A DNA stretch of 64,000 nucleotides from positions 6,407 to 70,406 of the forward strand of contig JAGVLN010000029.1 of assembly GCA_020049805.1 (NCBI GenBank). Reading direction: 5' to 3'. Every line of letters begins with the position of its first letter. The stretch's first letter is position 1. The DNA comes from Rickettsiales bacterium (GTDB taxonomy: Bacteria; Pseudomonadota; Alphaproteobacteria; Rickettsiales; JABSSG01). Shown one piece after another: positions 39,797 to 48,489 of this stretch. The notes below the pieces were generated by a model. It saw only the letters and a program-made list of their open reading frames with translations, searched no databases and was not told the DNA's origin. A program made the translations under genes and the position numbers.

Positions 39797-40393
39797 ATGC
39801 AACAATTATCTTTATTACGTTTATTTGCTTTCATTATTTTTTTAGTAGTATATAGCGCGTTTTTTGACCCATCTTTCCAGTTATTCCTGACCGCTACTGA
39901 AAATCTTAAAAACTTAAATTTAAACCATCTATACCTACTAACATTTGCTAGCTGGCTAATTGGTATGTGGGGGCTTTTATTATTTTTAAACAGCACTAAT
40001 GCCAGCTTACGTAATCTATTCTGGGTCCTGTTTATTATTACAAGCTTGATAAATTTCTATTATTTCAAAATTTTACATGCCCCTTTTTCCATAAATAATA
40101 TTGATAAAATGGGTGAGGTAATAGACCGTTTTACAGAAATAGATACCGTCGATTTACTAAAATTCCTAATTATAACTGCTGCTTTCATATTTTTTGCTAA
40201 ATATATCAAACCACTAGGCATCTCTTATAATAAAATTTTTGTAATTATTTTAGTAGCAACAGTTATTGTTGATATAACCGCCTATTCATGGAATAATATT
40301 CCATTACCAAGTATTTATGTGGTTATTGGGGTGACACTTTATAAATATATGATGGTGGGATTGGGAGCACTGCAGCAGAGTGGGAAGAGGTAG
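39797..40393 (+). CDS. polytopic membrane protein (possibly the N-terminal remnant of a larger gene)
   Basis: About 5 TM helices in 198 aa. It ends 1 nt from the stop of the convergent HTH gene. Confidence 0.4.
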   Translation: MQQLSLLRLFAFIIFLVVYSAFFDPSFQLFLTATENLKNLNLNHLYLLTFASWLIGMWGLLLFLNSTNASLRNLFWVLFIITSLINFYYFKILHAPFSINNIDKMGEVIDRFTEIDTVDLLKFLIITAAFIFFAKYIKPLGISYNKIFVIILVATVIVDITAYSWNNIPLPSIYVVIGVTLYKYMMVGLGALQQSGKR

Positions 40394-40394
40394 C

Positions 40395-40868
40395 TTATAA
40401 ATCTTTTGTCTTAATTAGAATAGACCCATCTTGTTCCAAACCATTAGCAAGATATTTACTACGGGCCTCATGTTCAATAACCGCTCTATTTGCTTCAAAA
40501 ATTTTAAGTGGATTATGAGTTCTAATATTTAAGCCAAAATGATCTGACAATGCTTCCCACTCAATTTCACAGCGTATTTGTTTATCTCTATCTTTGCCCC
40601 AGAATATAACAACTAATCTTTTAGGATCATAATATGCCTTAGGCTCTAAAAAAATTAGATCACGTTGATCAACCATACCAAGAACATTGAGTATATTTAA
40701 TACTGAATTAAGTTCTATACTTTTATTACCACTCTCAAAACTTGATATCGTAGGTGCACTAACACCTGCTAATATCGCTAAACGTTGTTGAGTTAGAGCT
40801 TGTTTTTTGCGTCTTTGTTTTGCTTCTTCAACAATAATTGGCCAATTAATGTAAAAGTTCCGTTCCAT
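40395..40868 (-). CDS. XRE-family HTH protein with extra ~80-aa C-terminal domain; putative HipA partner/antitoxin
   Basis: HTH block LTQQRLAILAGVSAPTISSFESGNKSIELNSVLNILNVLGM. The C-terminal 79 aa are ~42% identical (hand alignment) to the C-terminus of the AAA ATPase at 46741-48171. It overlaps the hipA 3' end by 76 nt. Confidence 0.75.
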   Translation of the reverse strand: MERNFYINWPIIVEEAKQRRKKQALTQQRLAILAGVSAPTISSFESGNKSIELNSVLNILNVLGMVDQRDLIFLEPKAYYDPKRLVVIFWGKDRDKQIRCEIEWEALSDHFGLNIRTHNPLKIFEANRAVIEHEARSKYLANGLEQDGSILIKTKDL

Positions 40869-42028
40869 CTTTTCTCCATAATTTCAATAACTCTATTTTT
40901 CAACTCTTTAGAGCCCACATTTGAATTTTCTATTGCTTCTAAAGCCTTATTTAAATTCTTACCTATATCTTCGACTGCAGTAATAATAACTTTTTCATTA
41001 AAATCAAAATCTCTTCCTAGCCGCAATATATGTTTAGGTAAGAGTTTACCTATTTTAAAATCCTCAACTCCATTAATTTTTAAAGCTATTGATTGATATT
41101 GTTTATAAAACGCTGCTCCTAACTGATCATAAGATGGTGTAAGACGCAATCCATCCCTACTATAAAGCATAGCAAAGTTTTTTAAATGTGCATCAGTATT
41201 ACCAACTAAAAGACATACTAAAACCCGTCTAAATAATTTATACACATCACTAATTATACAATTAGGATTACCGTAAATAAATTGTGCCATGTCCTCATAG
41301 GAGCCTTTATATTTATCGAATGAACGATGTCCTAATAACTGATTAAATTCCTCAAAATGTATTTTTTCTCCAGATGGCCTTCTATCAAATCGACGAATAA
41401 CTAAAGCTCTTTCTTTTATTGAATCTATGTTATCAACAATTTCCATTTCAACCACACTATCATCGTGTAATAGCTTACTTACTACCAATGTAGTGATAAA
41501 TTCTAATTCAATTAACTCTGCAAGATTATCAGAAGGTAATTTTGCAATATGAGTACTTAATTCGTTATATTTAACAGGTCGATAAGATTTTCCTTCCTGA
41601 ACTAATAATAATTTACGCTGCACACCAGGAAGTGACGCTCTACCAATTAACGCCGCTTTAGTTACTTTATCTTCATGACTTAAATTACGTCTTGGTATAG
41701 GATCAGGGTCAATAATTGACACTGCTCCAGCAAGGTCATATCCAAACCCTAATAAGAGAGCAAAACTATCATTCGGATCCACGCCTAAAACTTTTGCCTG
41801 AGCATTTTTGAACCATCCTTCAGCAACTAAATTATCAAAAAAAGGAGGTAAGCCATTTTCAGAAATTATAGGTTTTTCAGATATAGGCAAAGTGTAAGCA
41901 ATTTGAGAATTCCCGGCATTAATGTAATCAACATCATATGTAAAACTATACCTATTACCTGGCTCCTGTTGCAACCTCCCAGCATAAAGATCCTTAAAAT
42001 AAATATTTCCCCAAAGTAGTGATGCCAT
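40793..42028 (-). CDS. hipA: HipA-family serine/threonine kinase toxin
   Basis: Couple_hipA-like N-terminus (PPFFDNLVAEGW), Gly-rich loop LPGVQRKLLL, catalytic loop GNTDAHLKNF, Mg-binding TPSYDQLG. All catalytic residues are present. Confidence 0.9.
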   Translation of the reverse strand: MASLLWGNIYFKDLYAGRLQQEPGNRYSFTYDVDYINAGNSQIAYTLPISEKPIISENGLPPFFDNLVAEGWFKNAQAKVLGVDPNDSFALLLGFGYDLAGAVSIIDPDPIPRRNLSHEDKVTKAALIGRASLPGVQRKLLLVQEGKSYRPVKYNELSTHIAKLPSDNLAELIELEFITTLVVSKLLHDDSVVEMEIVDNIDSIKERALVIRRFDRRPSGEKIHFEEFNQLLGHRSFDKYKGSYEDMAQFIYGNPNCIISDVYKLFRRVLVCLLVGNTDAHLKNFAMLYSRDGLRLTPSYDQLGAAFYKQYQSIALKINGVEDFKIGKLLPKHILRLGRDFDFNEKVIITAVEDIGKNLNKALEAIENSNVGSKELKNRVIEIMEKRWNGTFTLIGQLLLKKQNKDAKNKL

Positions 42029-42050
42029 ATCTTATAATATTATTAATTTT

Positions 42051-42108
42051 ATAAACTATAGTTTATCATACTATAAAATAATAAGCAATATATAAACTAT
42101 AGTTTATA
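42051..42108. promoter_or_regulatory. twin palindromic operators overlapping a putative hipA promoter
   Basis: ATAAACTATAGTTTAT (42051-42066, perfect 16-mer) and TATAAACTATAGTTTATA (42091-42108, perfect 18-mer) have centres 41 bp apart. On the minus strand, TTGCTT (42083-42088), a 17-nt spacer and TAAACT (42060-65) form a sigma70-like promoter 23-80 bp upstream of the hipA ATG. Confidence 0.65.
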
Positions 42109-42165
42109 TTTTCTGAATAATTGCCGCAAAATATAAATCATGGTTTATATTCTATGTGCAAGAAC

Positions 42166-42474
42166 TTAAGAGCCTATAATCGAAGGACTATTATTAATGC
42201 ATGAAAGCATGTTTTGAAAATTTAAAATAAGAGGAAAGCATTGTTGAGTAATATAAGCAACGGTAGTAAGAGTATTATTCACTATCCCTTTTAAGTTATC
42301 CATTATACCACTATCTTGCAAGGCTTTTAGCAAATAATATACGGCCCATACGGCCGGTATAGTCATGGTATAATACCAATATCTTATCACGCCAAAAACA
42401 ACTTGGCCAGCACCTGTAAATATTCTTTTCATGGCATCAGGAAAGTATCTTAACCACATGAACCATTGAAACAT
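42166..42474 (-). CDS. small membrane protein, hypothetical
   Basis: 102-aa ORF with two hydrophobic segments and no recognisable motif. Confidence 0.35.
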   Translation of the reverse strand: MFQWFMWLRYFPDAMKRIFTGAGQVVFGVIRYWYYTMTIPAVWAVYYLLKALQDSGIMDNLKGIVNNTLTTVAYITQQCFPLILNFQNMLSCINNSPSIIGS

Positions 42475-42518
42475 CTATTTCCTCATCAGTAAGTTTTTAT
42501 AGGCATTACATTATCTAA

Positions 42519-43193
42519 TTATATTTTTGTTAATATATAACTACAAGCCAAAATTACGATCGTGGAAATACTTAGTGAAATTGCGAACAATATTTGTATA
42601 TCTATAAATAACATTTGATAATTCACCTGCGCTGCAATCATATTTAGAATGGAAGCGGTATACAGCAAAAGATTAATGGCAAGGGGCATAACTATTAAAC
42701 AATTTACTATAACACCATTACTAATTCTTAAAGTTAAGGCTGAAGCAAATGTAACTAAAGCAGAAACTGTAATTGAAAATAATAATAATACTAAGTAAAT
42801 AGAAAAAAGATTAGTAAAGAGATGGATATTGTAAATAAAGCACAATATCGGTACACTAATACATAAAATAATGAATAGCTGTAACCAATGAGCAAACATC
42901 TTGCTAATCACTATATAAAAACTTGGATAACCAGCAATAATTAACTGCTCTAAACTTGAATCATTAAAATCCTCTTGAAAAATTTCTGGAGCAGAAAGAA
43001 GCTCAGCAAAGATATAAGGCAATAAAATTATATTAAGTACATTAACACCAGTTACTGGTTGTCCACTTAATAGAATAAAAATAAGCAATAAAACTGATAA
43101 TATAAATAATGCTAAACTATTAAAAAAATAACCTTTGCGAATGAAAGCTAGGCTAAAATCACGTTTTAGTATTACAGATAATATTTTACCCAT
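42519..43193 (-). CDS. ccmB: heme exporter permease CcmB
   Basis: 224-aa 6-TM protein overlapping the ccmA stop by 8 nt; canonical ccmA-ccmB pair. Confidence 0.85.
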   Translation of the reverse strand: MGKILSVILKRDFSLAFIRKGYFFNSLALFILSVLLLIFILLSGQPVTGVNVLNIILLPYIFAELLSAPEIFQEDFNDSSLEQLIIAGYPSFYIVISKMFAHWLQLFIILCISVPILCFIYNIHLFTNLFSIYLVLLLFSITVSALVTFASALTLRISNGVIVNCLIVMPLAINLLLYTASILNMIAAQVNYQMLFIDIQILFAISLSISTIVILACSYILTKI

Positions 43194-43821
43194 CTTTAAA
43201 ATCCTCGATATTCAAATAGTGAGCATAAGGCAAATTATCAAAAGCGTGACTAGCGATAATCACTACCCCCCGCTCTCGTACCCTAACTTTTATAAGGTCC
43301 ATTAGTAAATTTTTTGCATTATTATCCAAGTTAATTTCTGGTTCATCTAATAACCATAAATTAGTTTCAGATAATAATAATTTAGCTAATTCTATTTTTC
43401 TTTGCCAACCAGCAGATAATGAGCCAGTCATCACCTCCAACACATCATGTAATTTAAAATGATGAATGGCCGGTAAAAACAATTCTGGCACTCCTTTTAA
43501 TTGACTCCAAAAGCTTAAATTTTCAAATACTGTCAATTCCTTTTTTAAGGCATTATCATGGCCAATATAGCATACATTTTGCTGGAATATATTTAAGTCA
43601 GTATTTATATCGATCTTATTCCACAATATTTTGCCTGGTTTATGATTAATTAGACCAACAAGCATTTTGAGTAAGCAGGTTTTACCACTACCATTAGAGC
43701 CTTTTACAATTAATAAACTACCAGGCAGTAAGGTAAAGCCGACATTTTTAAAAATGTAATTATAATTATTTTCTAAACTTAAATTTTGACAACTTAACAC
43801 TTTTACTCCTTTGACAGACAT
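43186..43821 (-). CDS. ccmA: heme exporter ATPase CcmA
   Basis: Walker A GSNGSGKT, signature LSAGWQRK, Walker B LWLLDEPE. The track ORF start (43950) would overlap acnA, so I chose the internal ATG at 43821. The ATG at 43839 is also possible. Confidence 0.85.
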   Translation of the reverse strand: MSVKGVKVLSCQNLSLENNYNYIFKNVGFTLLPGSLLIVKGSNGSGKTCLLKMLVGLINHKPGKILWNKIDINTDLNIFQQNVCYIGHDNALKKELTVFENLSFWSQLKGVPELFLPAIHHFKLHDVLEVMTGSLSAGWQRKIELAKLLLSETNLWLLDEPEINLDNNAKNLLMDLIKVRVRERGVVIIASHAFDNLPYAHYLNIEDFKDG

Positions 43822-43896
43822 ATGTTGACAATCTATCATAGTAAAGTTAATTTGGAAAAAAAATCTTAATATTTGTTTCGCGAAAGTAGGAGTATC

Positions 43897-46578
43897 ATGA
43901 GCACTAGTTCTAAAAAACTTGCAGTAAATAAAAAATTTAAAGTTGGCCAACAGGAATATACTTATTATTGCCTAAAATCAGCAGCTGAAGAATTAGGTAA
44001 AGATATTTCTAAATTACCAATTACACTAAAAATCTTACTTGAAAATTTACTCCGTAATCAAGATGGTAAAACTGTTGTGATTGAAGATATTGCTGCAGTA
44101 ATGGATTGGGTTCAAACACAACGTTCGGATCATGAAATTGCTTTCCGCCCAGCTAGAGTACTAATGCAAGATTTTACCGGTGTGCCAGCAATAGTAGATT
44201 TGGCAGCTATGCGTGATGCTATGGTTAAGCTTAAAGGAGATCCTAAAAAAATTAACCCACTTTCGCCCGTAGATTTAGTAATCGATCATTCTGTCCAAGT
44301 AGATTATTACGGTGATAAAGACTCTTTTGAAAAAAACGTAGAAAAAGAGTTTGAACGTAATAAAGAACGGTATGAATTTCTACGTTGGGGTCAAGAAGCA
44401 TTAGATAATTTTAAAGTAGTGCCACCAGGCACTGGTATTTGCCATCAAGTAAATTTAGAATATTTAGCTAAAGTTGTATGGTCTAAAAAAAATCATGGTG
44501 AATTAGTTGCTTACCCCGACACCGTTTTTGGTACCGATAGCCATACTACTATGGTAAATGGTTTAGCGGTTTTAGGCTGGGGTGTAGGGGGTATTGAAGC
44601 AGAAGCAGCAATGCTAGGACAACCAACCTCTATGGTTATTCCGGAAGTAATAGGGTTTAAACTTACTGGCCAGCTCTCAGAAGGAGTGACCGCAACTGAT
44701 TTAGTATTAACCGTAACTAATATTTTACGACAAAAAGGTGTAGTAGGTAAGTTTGTAGAGTTTTTCGGTCCTGGCTTAGAAAGCTTGTCTTTAGCAGATC
44801 GCGCTACTATTGCCAATATGTCGCCTGAATTTGGCGCAACTTGCGGCTATTTCCCAATAGATCAAGAGACTTTAAATTATTTAAAACTTTCTGGCCGTGA
44901 CCAACATCAAATCGAGCTGGTAGAAAATTATGCTAAATTACAAGGAATTTGGCATGATCATAATTATACTGACCCAATATTTACTAGCATTATTGAATTA
45001 GACCTAACAACAGTAGAACCTTGTATAGCTGGACCAAAACGTCCTCAAGATAAAGTATTATTATCACAAGTGCCTGGTTCCCTCATAAAAGAACTAGAAA
45101 ATTCCATCAATCCTAATAAATCTATCGATATTAAACACCAGGTTGAAGGAGAAGATTTTAAACTTGGTCATGGAGATTTAGTAATTGCTGCTATTACTAG
45201 CTGTACTAATACTTCAAATCCTAGTGTAATGATTGCTGCTGGCTTAATTGCTAAAAAAGCTTATGAAAAAGGCTTGAAAGTTAAACCTTGGGTCAAAACT
45301 TCTTTAGCACCTGGCTCAAAAGTAGTAACAGAATATTTAGCAGCTACTAATTTACAAGAATATTTAGACAAAGTTGGTTTTTACTTAGTCGGTTATGGCT
45401 GCACTACCTGTATTGGTAATTCCGGACCACTTCATCAACCAATCGAAGATGTAATTAAAAATAATAAATTAATGGTAGCAGCGGCATTATCTGGTAACCG
45501 TAATTTTGAAGGCAGGATTCATCCATTTGTTCAAGCAAGCTACCTAACTTCACCACCATTAGTAGTTGCATACGCTTTGGCTGGAACGATGAATATTGAC
45601 TTAACACATGAAGCAATTGGTAAGGATAAAAATGGCCAAGACATATATTTGAAAGACATTTGGCCATCTAACCAAGAAATAAATGACTATGTTCAAAAAT
45701 ATGTTAGCCCAAAAATGTTTAGGGAAAAATATCAAGATGTATTTAGCGGCGATCATTTATGGCAAAAAATGCAGGTCACCAAAAGTATGAATTACGATTG
45801 GAATGAAGATAGTACTTATGTTAAGAACCCGCCATTTTTTGAGCATATGCAAAGAGATGCTGGTACTATTAAAGAAGTTAAATCAGCTAAATTATTAGCC
45901 TTACTTGGCGATAGTATTACCACCGATCATATTTCTCCAGCCGGTAATATTTCCAATACCAGCCCAGCTGCTAAATATTTACAAGCAAATGGTGTGCAGC
46001 CAGCTGACTTTAACTCTTATGGCGCAAGACGAGGCAATCATGAAGTAATGATGCGTGGTACTTTTGCTAACATCAGGATCAAGAACGAACTTAATCCAGG
46101 TATTGAAGGAGGCGTTACTATCTATTTGCCAACTAAAGAAGTTATGAGCATTTATGACGCAGCTATGAAGTATAAGGAACAAAACATTCCTTTGATTATT
46201 ATTGCTGGCAAAGAATACGGCACTGGTTCTTCCCGAGATTGGGCAGCTAAAGGGCCTCGCTTACTTGGCGTTAAAGCTGTAATTGCTGAAAGTTTTGAAC
46301 GGATTCATCGTTCTAACTTAGTTGGTATGGGCGTAATACCTTTAGTTTTCAAGGGCGGTGTAACCCGTAAAGATTTAGAGTTACAGGGCGATGAAACTTT
46401 CGATATTATCGGTCTTTCACCAAACATGAAACCAAAATCTGAGGTAAGCCTAGTCATCACTTATTCTAATGGCATGACTAAGGAAATTAGTTTGATTTGC
46501 CGCGTGGATACTGTTCAAGAAATTGAATATTTGAAGCATGATGGGATTTTACCTTATATGGTAAGGGAGTTGCTGTAG
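43897..46578 (+). CDS. acnA: aconitate hydratase A
   Basis: About 890 aa with Fe-S ligand blocks ITSCTNTSNP and GCTTCIGNSG and C-terminal swivel GSSRDWAAKG. An AGGAG RBS precedes the ATG at 43897. Confidence 0.97.
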   Translation: MSTSSKKLAVNKKFKVGQQEYTYYCLKSAAEELGKDISKLPITLKILLENLLRNQDGKTVVIEDIAAVMDWVQTQRSDHEIAFRPARVLMQDFTGVPAIVDLAAMRDAMVKLKGDPKKINPLSPVDLVIDHSVQVDYYGDKDSFEKNVEKEFERNKERYEFLRWGQEALDNFKVVPPGTGICHQVNLEYLAKVVWSKKNHGELVAYPDTVFGTDSHTTMVNGLAVLGWGVGGIEAEAAMLGQPTSMVIPEVIGFKLTGQLSEGVTATDLVLTVTNILRQKGVVGKFVEFFGPGLESLSLADRATIANMSPEFGATCGYFPIDQETLNYLKLSGRDQHQIELVENYAKLQGIWHDHNYTDPIFTSIIELDLTTVEPCIAGPKRPQDKVLLSQVPGSLIKELENSINPNKSIDIKHQVEGEDFKLGHGDLVIAAITSCTNTSNPSVMIAAGLIAKKAYEKGLKVKPWVKTSLAPGSKVVTEYLAATNLQEYLDKVGFYLVGYGCTTCIGNSGPLHQPIEDVIKNNKLMVAAALSGNRNFEGRIHPFVQASYLTSPPLVVAYALAGTMNIDLTHEAIGKDKNGQDIYLKDIWPSNQEINDYVQKYVSPKMFREKYQDVFSGDHLWQKMQVTKSMNYDWNEDSTYVKNPPFFEHMQRDAGTIKEVKSAKLLALLGDSITTDHISPAGNISNTSPAAKYLQANGVQPADFNSYGARRGNHEVMMRGTFANIRIKNELNPGIEGGVTIYLPTKEVMSIYDAAMKYKEQNIPLIIIAGKEYGTGSSRDWAAKGPRLLGVKAVIAESFERIHRSNLVGMGVIPLVFKGGVTRKDLELQGDETFDIIGLSPNMKPKSEVSLVITYSNGMTKEISLICRVDTVQEIEYLKHDGILPYMVRELL

Positions 46579-46668
46579 GGTTTTTCGGGCAAATAATAAA
46601 TTACTTATACTGAGCAATCTTGTAAACACCTTGTTATTTCAAAAAACATATGTGTTACTATAAACATA

Positions 46669-46697
46669 TTGACATATTCTTGGTCTTTGGATAAAAT
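46669..46697 (+). promoter_or_regulatory. near-consensus sigma70 promoter for the AAA ATPase gene
   Basis: TTGACA (46669-74), an exact 17-nt spacer and TAAAAT (46692-97), about 45 nt upstream of the AGGAG-GTG start at 46741. Confidence 0.5.
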
Positions 46698-46740
46698 TAG
46701 ACTATACTCCGTTTTTGGCGGACATTTTAGGAGTGAAGTC

Positions 46741-48171
46741 GTGATACCAAGATTACTCAAGTTACCTTTAAAACAAAGCCTTTTTCTTTTTGGACCAAGA
46801 AATACTGGGAAAAGCACACTAATAAGAAATTATTATAGCAAAGATAGCAGTATAATATTTGATTTACTTGATCCTATTATTGAAGATAGATTCGCACGTG
46901 ATCCCTCTGAATTAGAAAAAATTGTAAAGGCATTACCAGAAGAAGTAGAATATGTAATTATAGATGAAATACAAAAACTACCGAAATTACTTGATGTAGT
47001 TCACCATTTAATAGAAACAACTAAAAAATATTACATCATGACAGGCTCTAGTGCTCGTAAGTTAAAGCGTGGTGCTTCTAATTTATTAGCTGGTAGAGCT
47101 TTTGTTTATCATTTATATACGTTTAGCTTTATTGAAATAGAAAACCAATTCGATCTAGAAAACGTATTGAATTGGGGATCACTTCCTAAAATATATGCGC
47201 TTAACAATCCAGAAAGCAAGAAGCAGTTTCTAGATGCGTACTCTCATACTTATCTGAAAGAAGAAATTTGGGGAGAACATTTTATAAGAAATTTAGATCC
47301 GTTCAGGAAATTTCTAGAAGTTGCAGCTCAAATGAACGGCAAAATCATTAATTTTAGTAAAATTGCGTCAGATGTTGGTGTGGATGAGAAAACAATTAAA
47401 AGTTATTACTCAATATTAGAAGATACTATGCTTGGAATATTTTTAGATGGATTTCAGAATTCATTTAGAAAACGCTTAAGCAGCAAACCGAAATTTTATT
47501 TTTTTGATGTTGGAATAACTAGATCATTATCAAGAATGCTTTCAATACCTATGATGCCCAGAACGCCAATGTATGGAGATGCTTTCGAGCAATTTATTAT
47601 ATTAGAATGTATAAAACTCTCAGATTATTTTGGAAATGATTATAGATTCAGTTATTTGCGAACAAAAGATGATGTTGAGATAGATTTAATAGTTGAAAGA
47701 CCTGGTAAAAAGTTACTTTTTATAGAAATTAAAAGTAGTGATAATGTTACTAAAGAATCAATTTCTTCATTTATAAAATTATCTAAAGATTATGGAGATT
47801 GTGAGGCCATATGTTTGTCTAACGATCCATTTTCTAAAGTAATTGAAAATGTAAAGGTAATACCTTGGCAAGAAGGGATTAAAGAATATATTATTAACCG
47901 TAAACTTAGTTTTAATGGGTCAAACCCCATGTATGATAAGGATAGATTGATATTAGCATTTTGGGGCCAGAATGAAAAGGGAGAATCAATTAAATGTTTG
48001 GTTTCCTTAGAGGTTTTATCAGATCAATTTAGGATGAATATAAAAGCTGATAATCCAATAGAAATTTATTCTAAGAATAGAAAAAACATAGAATTAAAAG
48101 CCCAGCATAAATATATTTTTAAAGACATAGAAAAAAATGGTTCAATAACAATTTCAAATAAAGATTTTTAA
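46741..48171 (+). CDS. AAA-family ATPase (COG1373/DUF4143-type) fused to an ~80-aa C-terminal domain shared with the HipA partner
   Basis: Walker A GPRNTGKST, Walker B VIIDEIQ and a DUF4143-like middle part. The GTG start at 46741 has an AGGAG RBS. The C-terminal aa MYDKDRLILAFWG...ITISNKDF are homologous to the C-terminus of the protein at 40395-40868. Confidence 0.75.
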   Translation: MIPRLLKLPLKQSLFLFGPRNTGKSTLIRNYYSKDSSIIFDLLDPIIEDRFARDPSELEKIVKALPEEVEYVIIDEIQKLPKLLDVVHHLIETTKKYYIMTGSSARKLKRGASNLLAGRAFVYHLYTFSFIEIENQFDLENVLNWGSLPKIYALNNPESKKQFLDAYSHTYLKEEIWGEHFIRNLDPFRKFLEVAAQMNGKIINFSKIASDVGVDEKTIKSYYSILEDTMLGIFLDGFQNSFRKRLSSKPKFYFFDVGITRSLSRMLSIPMMPRTPMYGDAFEQFIILECIKLSDYFGNDYRFSYLRTKDDVEIDLIVERPGKKLLFIEIKSSDNVTKESISSFIKLSKDYGDCEAICLSNDPFSKVIENVKVIPWQEGIKEYIINRKLSFNGSNPMYDKDRLILAFWGQNEKGESIKCLVSLEVLSDQFRMNIKADNPIEIYSKNRKNIELKAQHKYIFKDIEKNGSITISNKDF

Positions 48172-48308
48172 CATTATTAAAATAGCTAATATATGCTATT
48201 TATCCAAGTTTAAGAAATTCAGTAAAACTTTTTGAAAATTGACCTTATTAGAATATTAATTGCGTCGGTACAATCTGGTTCGCATAATTTTCCACCAAGG
48301 CGATTATA

Positions 48309-48343
48309 TTTTTAATTGTACGCAAATTGCGTACAATTAAAAA
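48309..48343. repeat. 35-nt perfect palindrome
   Basis: tttttaattgtacgcaa-a-ttgcgtacaattaaaaa. Every position pairs around centre 48326. Confidence 0.8.
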
Positions 48344-48489
48344 AACTCAATTATAAAAATAATAAAAGGATCTTTCGTATAGATAATAGGCCTATTTTGG
48401 CTTCAAAATTAATCACCATAACATTCCTAAAGCTTTCCTGAATTAATTATGTTACAATTTAATTACTTAATTAATAAAGATTGCGAAAA

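Noticed and set aside
39778-39996. 72-aa minus ORF
   Set aside because: It overlaps the start of the membrane ORF 39797-40393, is Lys/Asn-rich with low complexity, and has no RBS.
40800-41096. 98-aa + ORF
   Set aside because: It is antisense inside hipA.
43822-43950. N-terminal extension of ccmA, and the 43873 TTG start of acnA
   Set aside because: The two extensions would overlap each other divergently. The internal ATGs (43821 and 43897, the latter with an AGGAG RBS) give canonical N-termini.
44511-46182. Minus ORFs 44511-44816, 45455-45667 and 45979-46182
   Set aside because: They are antisense inside acnA.
46605-46817. 70-aa minus ORF
   Set aside because: It overlaps the promoter and 5' end of the AAA ATPase gene and has no support.
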